64,000 nucleotides of DNA from an uncultured Candidatus Binatia bacterium (GTDB taxonomy: Bacteria > Desulfobacterota > Binatia > UBA9968 > JAJDTQ01): positions 2,432,001 through 2,496,000 of the forward strand of contig OZ244070.1 of the NCBI GenBank assembly GCA_965215605.1. Direction: 5' to 3'. Numbering within the stretch: the stretch's first letter is position 1; every line of letters starts with the position of its first letter. The position numbers and the translations under genes were made by a program. Under the pieces are notes generated by a model. The model saw only the letters and a list, made by a program, of their open reading frames with translations. It was not told the origin of the DNA and did no database searches. Positions 27,688 to 34,294 of the stretch are shown here, piece after piece.

Positions 27688-27810
27688 TCAGGTGGTCAGC
27701 GGATTTCGGGTCGGAAGTTCGGGGAAGCGGCTGAAGTCGCGGTCGGCCGTCCACAGTTTCGTGACGCCGTGGTCGATACACAGGGCGGCCATCCTTGCGT
27801 CGTGGACGGA
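27688..27810 (-). pseudogene. C-terminal fragment of a VapC/PIN toxin gene
   Basis: Minus strand reads SVHDARMAALCIDHGVTKLWTADRDFSRFPELPTRNPLTT* with no start or N-terminal part. Not in the ORF track. Confidence 0.75.
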
Positions 27811-27850
27811 TATGGCGACCCATATTATTTTATACGGGTATCCATATCAA
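27809..27850 (-). promoter_or_regulatory. Orphan vapBC-type promoter/operator
   Basis: Minus strand TTGATA-17 nt-TAATAT, overlapping an AT-rich imperfect palindrome GATATGG...CCATATC. Confidence 0.55.
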
Positions 27851-27893
27851 CGGTTACGATGGCCGGCAACCGCGTCGTTCCCTCGGGCGGCGT

Positions 27894-30800
27894 TCAGTCT
27901 CCACCCGGCTCGAACAACAACTCCGGCACCACCACTTCCCAGGAATCGCACCGGACCGTATCGCGATACTTCGGGTCCGTAATCTCGCGGTCCCACCCGA
28001 TGACGGCGAGTACCGCGGCGGACCGGCAGCGCATGCCGGGGGGCGGCTCGAAGCCTGCGGCGAGGCGCCCCACCACCGCGCCATTGCCGTCCAGCAACTC
28101 CCAGCGGCCGCTGTCCGCCACACGTGTTCGGAGGGCGTCCCCGGGCGTCAGGGCGGCGATGGAACGGTGCGCCCGATCGTGCGCGGGACGGCGGCCGGCA
28201 AAACCCAGGTCCACCTCGCGGAGATTTGGCTGGACACATCGGCGGCGAAGGTCCGCGGAGCCGGGCGGAAGCGTGGCGGGTTGCCGGACCAGGGAGGACC
28301 GGCGCTCGGCCAAGGTCCCCTGGAGCGGATGATCCCCCTCGAACCGCGCCAGCGTCAGGGTTTCCCGGGCCCGCGTCATGGCCACGTAGTACAGCCGCCT
28401 CGGTGCGTCGGGATCCTCGTCGCGGCCAACCCGCTCCCAGCCGCCGTCGAGCACGGCCACGTGATCGAATTCCAGTCCCTTGGCCCGATGGGCCGTGACG
28501 AGGAGCAGGCCGCGTTGCCGCCGGCGAATCTCCCGGCCCCATTCGGCCAGCCACTCGATGAAGTGACCCACGGGGGTTTCGTCGCCGCCGGTCTCCAACG
28601 CGTGCTCTTCGACGGCATTGCGCAACAGCTCGTACCAAGGATTGGAGGGTTGCGTTTCCACCCAACCTCGCACGGTGTCTCCGTCCACGAGTCCGGTGTC
28701 CCGGCTCCGGAGCCAGGTGATGAAGCGGCGGGTCTCGCGCAGTTGCCAGAAAGTCGGGATCTCCTCGTTGCCCATTTGCGCCGGAATTTCGTTGGCCTCG
28801 CAGAACATGCGAACCGGATCCAGATAGCGCCACTCGCGCGCAATCACGGCGCAGCGTCCCCAGTCCCAACTCGGCGACAGGGTAGAGAGGCGCTGCAACT
28901 CCGCCATCACGACCCGTGCCTGGACCACGGGTTCCCATGACTCGGCGCCGCGTGGAACAGGCAGGATCTGCACGCGCCCCCGCCCCAGGGGGTCCAGTTC
29001 CTGCCACGCGCCGCCGGGCGTGTCCTTGGCCCGCGCCGCGTTGACGCGGATCGGATGCTCCTCTTTCATCCGCTTGGCCGCCGTTCCGATCACGGCGTTG
29101 GCCGCATCGATGATGTGGGCGGTGGAGCGGTAGTTCTCGACCAGGTGGATGGGCCGCGGTCCGTAGTGCTGTTCGAAGCGGCGGATGAACTCCACCGAGG
29201 CGCCGTTGAACGCGTAGATGTTCTGGTCGTCGTCACCCACCGCGAACAGGGTGAGCTTGCCGGCGTCGTCCTCAAGGGTGCGTCCGGCCAGCGCCGAGAT
29301 CAGTTCGTACTGGTCGGCGGCGATGTCCTGGTACTCGTCCACGAGGATCCACCGGAACCCGGACAGCAGGCGCGCGCGCTGCTCGTCGGCGTCTTCCGGT
29401 GGAAGCCCTTCGCCGCGCAACAGTCCGGTGGCGCGTCGGAGCACCTCCCGGAACATGTCGGTGTCTGGGCGCTCGGCGCTGCCCGTGAAGCTGGCGCCCG
29501 CCAGACGCATGGCCAGCGCGTGGCAGGTGAGTACGGTGACGCCCCGCGCGTCATCGCCGATCAGTTCCCCGAGCCGGCGGCGAATGTCCACCGCGGCATG
29601 CCGGTTGTAGGCCAGCGCCAGGATGCTGCGGGGGTTCTCCCGCCGCGCGCGTATGAGGTAGGCGATGCGGTGCACCAGCACGCGGGTCTTGCCCGAACCC
29701 GGCCCCGCGAGCACCAGCACGTTGGTCTGCTCGCGGTCGTCGGCGACGATGCGTTGCTGGATCGGATTCCGCAGGCTGTCGACGATGGCCATCCACGAGG
29801 ATGGCGTGGTCTGCCGCTCGATCTCCCGGTCCCGTGCGGGCAGCCAACGGCGCAGGAACGCCTCCTGCTGGAGGGCGAAGTAGTCCATGGCCATGCGGGT
29901 TGCGTCGGCTACGGCCTTGAGGCCGCGCTCGGCGAACTCCACCATCACGTGGATCTGAAGCACCTGGCCCTTGTAGTGCAGGGCCAGGGGTTCGAAGTCG
30001 CTCTTGGCAAAACCCCGCCGCTCCTGTTGCAGGCGGATGGTCATGGCTGGCCGGAACACCGCCAGCCCCTTGTTGAGCTGGATGACCTCCATCTCGTGAA
30101 GCCAGAGCAGGGCGCGGTCCAGCAGCTTGGCGGGCCACCGGACCCGGCTCTTGATCTCCAGGTCGGATTCCATGGCTCGGGTGAGCTTGCCCAGAGTGGT
30201 TTCCGCCAGGAGATCGGTGCCGCGGGCACCCGGCGGCAGGCAGGTGAGAAGGTGCTCCAGCAGGCGCTTGGCACCCTCGCGCCGGAGCCGCGCGGTCTCT
30301 TCCAGCGGCTTCCACTCCCGGTGCAGCGTCACCCGCGCGGTCTCCGGGTCGAGCTTGCGCGCGGTGAGGCTGCCGGGGGCGCCGTCTTCTCCCCGGCCGT
30401 CATAGGCGATGCCGCGAACGATGCGCCACAGCCGTTCGGGCAGGGCACCCGCCAGCCCTTCGTCCCGCAATACCTGAGCGGCCACGCGCAGGTGCAACGA
30501 CGATGTCTCCCCCTTGTCCAGGTCGGGCGCGGCCTCCTGCATGTGCCGGATCAGCGCCGTCTCCAGTTGGGCGGCCTCATCCAGCCGCCTGAGGGATGAG
30601 CGCTCCACCCCCGCGTGGACGAAGGCGGTCACCGCGGTGTCGTTGCTGGCGATGCCCAGCCGCTCCAGGTCGTAGAGCGCGTGTCGCACCCCCTCGGGGC
30701 TGAGTCCGGACACGCCCATCAGGTCGTCGGTGGAGAGTCCCTCGGTGGGTTCGGCATTCATCAGCGCCCTGGCGACGCCCTCCAACTGACCGCGGTAGGT

Positions 30801-33146
30801 GTCCGTGATGGGAGCTCGTTGCAGTAGTTGACGGACCTCCGGTTCGGTGCGCACCCGCAACGACGACGGGAACACCTCCACCCGGTTCTCTTCCCGGGTG
30901 AGCAGCCGCGTTTCCTCCAGCCATGCCACCGCGGTGCGCACACGGGTGTCGTCGGTGGCGGAGTCGCGTTCGAAGATCAGGTCTTCCTCCTCGCCCAGGA
31001 TCTCTCCGGTGGTGGCCACCACCACGCCGCCGAGGCGTTTCTTGCGGTCCAGCCTGCGCAATGCCCGCAGGATGCCGTGAATCTCCTCACGGGTCAGTCG
31101 CGAGCGCGCGGACATGCCGAATTGCCGCTCCACGTCCTCGGGCGAGTACAGCAGCACACAACGGGCGTCGGCCCGGTCCCGGCCGGCGCGCCCCGCTTCC
31201 TGAAGGTAGTTCTCCAGCGAGCCCGGGATGTCGGCGTGAATCACCAACCGTACGTCGGGCTTGTCGATGCCCATGCCGAAGGCGTTGGTGGCGGCGATGG
31301 CGCGCAACTCGCCGTCGATGAAGCGCCGTTGCACCTCCTTCTTGGTTTCCGGCCGCAGACCGGCGTGAAAATGTTCCGCCGCCACGCCCTTCAGCTTGAG
31401 GAACTCCGCCACCTCCTCGCTCTGCCGGCGCGTCGCGCAGTAGATGATGACGCCGCCCGGCGCGTCCGGCGGCAGGTGGTGTGTCAATACGTAGTGAATA
31501 TCGTTGTACTTCCCGCTCTCGGTGGTCGGGATGACCTCGAAGGTGAGATTGGAACGTTCCACGCCGCCGTTGACCACCGCCAGCTCGATGCCGAGCCGAT
31601 CCCGGAAGTGGCGCGTGACGTCGGCCACCACGTCCGGCTTGGCGGTGGCGGTCAGGCACAGCACGGGCGCTATCTCTTCGTTGGAGCGTTCCCGGATGAA
31701 ACGGCCCACGTAGAGGTAGTCGGGCCGGAAGTCGTGGCCCCAGCGCGACAGACAGTGGGCTTCGTCCAGCACCCAGGCGCCGACCTCCCGTTGCCCCAGG
31801 GCGCGCCGCAGAGCCGGGGCCCGGAGTTGCTCCGGAGAGATCAGCAGGATGCCGGCGTCTCCGAGCCGCACCCGGTCCAGCGCGTCGGCGCGCTCGGGCA
31901 TGGACAAGAGCCCGTTGACCGCCACGCAGCAACCGATGCCGCGGGCCTCCAGGCCCGCCACCTGGTCGGCCATGAGCGCCACCAGCGGCGAGATCACCAC
32001 CGTGAGCGCACCGGTCTTGTCGTAACGCGACAGCGCCGGGATCTGGTAGCACAGCGACTTGCCCGTGCCCGTGGGCAGGATGCCGAGCACGTGCCGGCCC
32101 TCCATGGCGGCCTTGACGATGGTGCGTTGCATGGGCTGCCCCTCGTCGTCCACGGGCTCGGGGCGGAAGTCGTCGAAGCCGAACCAGCGTTTGAGCTCCT
32201 TGCGCGGGTCGTGGCGCACCCGGCACCAGCCGCAGGCGGAGTCCGCGCAGGCCGTGTCCCGCAGAAGCCGTACCAGCCGCCCCGCCTCCGGGAACTGGTG
32301 GCGCACCCAGGGAGGCATGACCGAGTTCCCGCCCGCCACGGACAGCCACGCCAAGGCGTAGGCCAGAGACCAGCGGGAGTCGGCCGTTGCCGCCGGCTTG
32401 CGGGCTTGAACGGGTGCGCCGGCATGGTCCGCTACCATGGACTGGGCCGCCGCCGCGGCGTGAACTGCTGTCATGGTATGGGCCGCCACGACTTCGGTCG
32501 CCTGGACCGCGCAGCCCGCGCCTTCCAGCTGCCCCCGGATGGCCTCGCGTGCTTCCGCGTCCGACGGACGGGGCGCGCCGCCTCGGATGTCCTCGAACAG
32601 AACGTCCAGCGCCCGATCCTGGCCCTCCGCGTCCGGAGTGACGAGCCAGTGCCACGCCGTCAGGAGATCGGCGGCCGCCTCCCGGAGCGCCCGGCGCTGG
32701 TCGCCGAGCACCTCCATGGCCAGACGGGCGTCGAGTTCCGGATTGTTCAACTGCCGGCGCCGCAGCCCGCCGTCCTGGTAGTGCTTCACGAGATGGTGAT
32801 AGGGGTTGCGCGGGAAGGCGAGGGGGTTGAGGCGCAGGGTGTCGACCGGGGGCAGTCGAAGCAGCTTCAGATCCGGCTTCGCCGCCTTCAGGTGGGGAAG
32901 GTCGAAGGCGATCAGGTTGTGTCCGAGAAGGAAGGAGGCGTCGTTGGCGAAATCGTCAAGCTTGTCGAGCGCCGGGTTGAGACGATCGCCGGAGTGGGTC
33001 AGGGATTGGCCGGTGTCCATCCGGACGGCGCCAAGGGCGTGGATGGTCCCGCTCTCTTTGTCGACCTCCAGGTCCAGTGCAAGGCCGCGGGAGAGAAAGG
33101 CCTCGCGTTCGCCGCTTCGCCGGCCAGGGTCACCCGACTCCACCAT
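27894..33146 (-). CDS. 1750-aa fusion: DEDD-like exonuclease, RecQ (SF2) helicase and UvrD/Rep (SF1) helicase
   Basis: N-terminal DLE/GHN..FD/PELD; CxxxxCxxC; RecQ PTGTGKS, DEAHC, FGMGIDK, QEAGRAGRD; UvrD AGPGSGKT, VDEYQD, GDDDQ, NYRS, HRAKGLEF, YVAMTRA. Confidence 0.9.
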   Translation of the reverse strand: MVESGDPGRRSGEREAFLSRGLALDLEVDKESGTIHALGAVRMDTGQSLTHSGDRLNPALDKLDDFANDASFLLGHNLIAFDLPHLKAAKPDLKLLRLPPVDTLRLNPLAFPRNPYHHLVKHYQDGGLRRRQLNNPELDARLAMEVLGDQRRALREAAADLLTAWHWLVTPDAEGQDRALDVLFEDIRGGAPRPSDAEAREAIRGQLEGAGCAVQATEVVAAHTMTAVHAAAAAQSMVADHAGAPVQARKPAATADSRWSLAYALAWLSVAGGNSVMPPWVRHQFPEAGRLVRLLRDTACADSACGWCRVRHDPRKELKRWFGFDDFRPEPVDDEGQPMQRTIVKAAMEGRHVLGILPTGTGKSLCYQIPALSRYDKTGALTVVISPLVALMADQVAGLEARGIGCCVAVNGLLSMPERADALDRVRLGDAGILLISPEQLRAPALRRALGQREVGAWVLDEAHCLSRWGHDFRPDYLYVGRFIRERSNEEIAPVLCLTATAKPDVVADVTRHFRDRLGIELAVVNGGVERSNLTFEVIPTTESGKYNDIHYVLTHHLPPDAPGGVIIYCATRRQSEEVAEFLKLKGVAAEHFHAGLRPETKKEVQRRFIDGELRAIAATNAFGMGIDKPDVRLVIHADIPGSLENYLQEAGRAGRDRADARCVLLYSPEDVERQFGMSARSRLTREEIHGILRALRRLDRKKRLGGVVVATTGEILGEEEDLIFERDSATDDTRVRTAVAWLEETRLLTREENRVEVFPSSLRVRTEPEVRQLLQRAPITDTYRGQLEGVARALMNAEPTEGLSTDDLMGVSGLSPEGVRHALYDLERLGIASNDTAVTAFVHAGVERSSLRRLDEAAQLETALIRHMQEAAPDLDKGETSSLHLRVAAQVLRDEGLAGALPERLWRIVRGIAYDGRGEDGAPGSLTARKLDPETARVTLHREWKPLEETARLRREGAKRLLEHLLTCLPPGARGTDLLAETTLGKLTRAMESDLEIKSRVRWPAKLLDRALLWLHEMEVIQLNKGLAVFRPAMTIRLQQERRGFAKSDFEPLALHYKGQVLQIHVMVEFAERGLKAVADATRMAMDYFALQQEAFLRRWLPARDREIERQTTPSSWMAIVDSLRNPIQQRIVADDREQTNVLVLAGPGSGKTRVLVHRIAYLIRARRENPRSILALAYNRHAAVDIRRRLGELIGDDARGVTVLTCHALAMRLAGASFTGSAERPDTDMFREVLRRATGLLRGEGLPPEDADEQRARLLSGFRWILVDEYQDIAADQYELISALAGRTLEDDAGKLTLFAVGDDDQNIYAFNGASVEFIRRFEQHYGPRPIHLVENYRSTAHIIDAANAVIGTAAKRMKEEHPIRVNAARAKDTPGGAWQELDPLGRGRVQILPVPRGAESWEPVVQARVVMAELQRLSTLSPSWDWGRCAVIAREWRYLDPVRMFCEANEIPAQMGNEEIPTFWQLRETRRFITWLRSRDTGLVDGDTVRGWVETQPSNPWYELLRNAVEEHALETGGDETPVGHFIEWLAEWGREIRRRQRGLLLVTAHRAKGLEFDHVAVLDGGWERVGRDEDPDAPRRLYYVAMTRARETLTLARFEGDHPLQGTLAERRSSLVRQPATLPPGSADLRRRCVQPNLREVDLGFAGRRPAHDRAHRSIAALTPGDALRTRVADSGRWELLDGNGAVVGRLAAGFEPPPGMRCRSAAVLAVIGWDREITDPKYRDTVRCDSWEVVVPELLFEPGGD

Positions 33147-33354
33147 GGCCCCAAAATAAGAGATCGCCCTTCAAGAACAAAGAGTTGGAAACAGGCCTCC
33201 GCCTTCCCGGATCCCGTGACCCTGGAAGGGAGATTTGAACCTGCGGGCAAGGCTTGTCAAACGGTGCATTGGGGGATTCCCTGTATGGAATCAACTACTT
33301 GTCCGCAGCAGGCACGCCCTGGCCGCGCTTGGCTGCGATGAAAAAATTTCGAGA

Positions 33355-33783
33355 TCATCGCGTTCCCGCGTAATCGGCCAGCGTCACTACGGTCTCGCCG
33401 TGCTCGGTCGGCGCCACGGCCGTCACGAATCGACGGTCCGCCGTGACCACCGTCGCGCCGATGCGGTGCGCGAGCGCGAGATACACGCAGTCGTACACCG
33501 GGTGGTCGAGGGCCAGCGCCAGACGCACCGCGTCCGCGGTGACGGTCTCATCGTCGTTCCAGCGCAGCGGCATGTCGCGAAGCAAAGCCATGGCGGCGCC
33601 CGCATCGGCGTGCTCTATCTCGCCTATTCGTGCCTTGCGCCACAGCGTATTGGCAACCTCGGAAGCCATCAGGCGCGGCGCGTGCAACTCATGGCCGCTC
33701 GCCGCCAGTTCCCGCGCGGCGTCGGAATCGGGCTCGTCGACCAGCAACTTGACCGCCACGCTCGCATCGACCACGAAGCGCAT
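33355..33783 (-). CDS. vapC: VapC/PIN-domain toxin
   Basis: MRFVVDASVAVK, SEVAN, HPVYDCVYLALA, VTADRRF. Confidence 0.9.
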   Translation of the reverse strand: MRFVVDASVAVKLLVDEPDSDAARELAASGHELHAPRLMASEVANTLWRKARIGEIEHADAGAAMALLRDMPLRWNDDETVTADAVRLALALDHPVYDCVYLALAHRIGATVVTADRRFVTAVAPTEHGETVVTLADYAGTR

Positions 33784-34043
33784 CAGAAGTCGTCGCGGTG
33801 ACCGTGGTCGCGGTCCTCGCGGATCAGCACTTCCGCCGGGGTTTGCTTGCGACCCCTGGTCTTCTCCCGCAGCCGGTCCGACGCCTCCAGGAAGGCCGCG
33901 CGTTTGGCCGCCATGTCGTCGTCGGCGGCGCACTCCAGGACGTGGCGCACCTCGCCCTCCAGGGAGCGGTTGTTCGACGAGGCACGCCGCTTGAGGCGGT
34001 CCACCACGTCATCGTCGAGTTGTCTCACGTTGATCGTCGCCAT
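33783..34043 (-). CDS. FitA-like ribbon-helix-helix antitoxin
   Basis: MATINVRQLDDDVVDRLKRRA..NNRSLEGEVR; TGATG coupling to vapC. Confidence 0.88.
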   Translation of the reverse strand: MATINVRQLDDDVVDRLKRRASSNNRSLEGEVRHVLECAADDDMAAKRAAFLEASDRLREKTRGRKQTPAEVLIREDRDHGHRDDF

Positions 34044-34060
34044 CGGCTCGTCTCCAAGAT

Positions 34061-34079
34061 TGCTATCAAATTGGTAGCG
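34061..34079. promoter_or_regulatory. FitA-type operator
   Basis: TGCTATCA-AAT-TGGTAGCG imperfect inverted repeat just upstream of the antitoxin; TGCTATCA matches the half-site described for FitA. Confidence 0.55.
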
Positions 34080-34294
34080 CGCCATCGCGGTTCATGCAAG
34101 CCCCTGCGAGAAGGACATCGGGCGCCATTTGCGGCCACGGGCGGACAGCAGCGGACGCATGTATGTTCGGCACTTGTTCCACCCATCGGAGAAGACGGTG
34201 ATGCGCCGCTGGGTGGCGGAGACGAAGCTCCACCGGGGTCGTCTCAATGGCGGCCGGGCCGTGCAATGGCGCGAACGGAGGAAAGGCGGGTCCC

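Noticed and set aside
33218-33246. tRNA 3'-end/att-like fragment (GGTTCAAATC on the minus strand) near the island
   Set aside because: The T-stem does not pair, there is no acceptor stem or CCA, no second copy was seen and no integrase is present.
30828-33341. Very long antisense or alternate-frame ORFs (also 34247-36898, 58483-61026, 46942-49128, 17440-19602 and others)
   Set aside because: They lie over motif-rich genes, have no recognisable motifs, and are expected shadows of high-GC codon usage.
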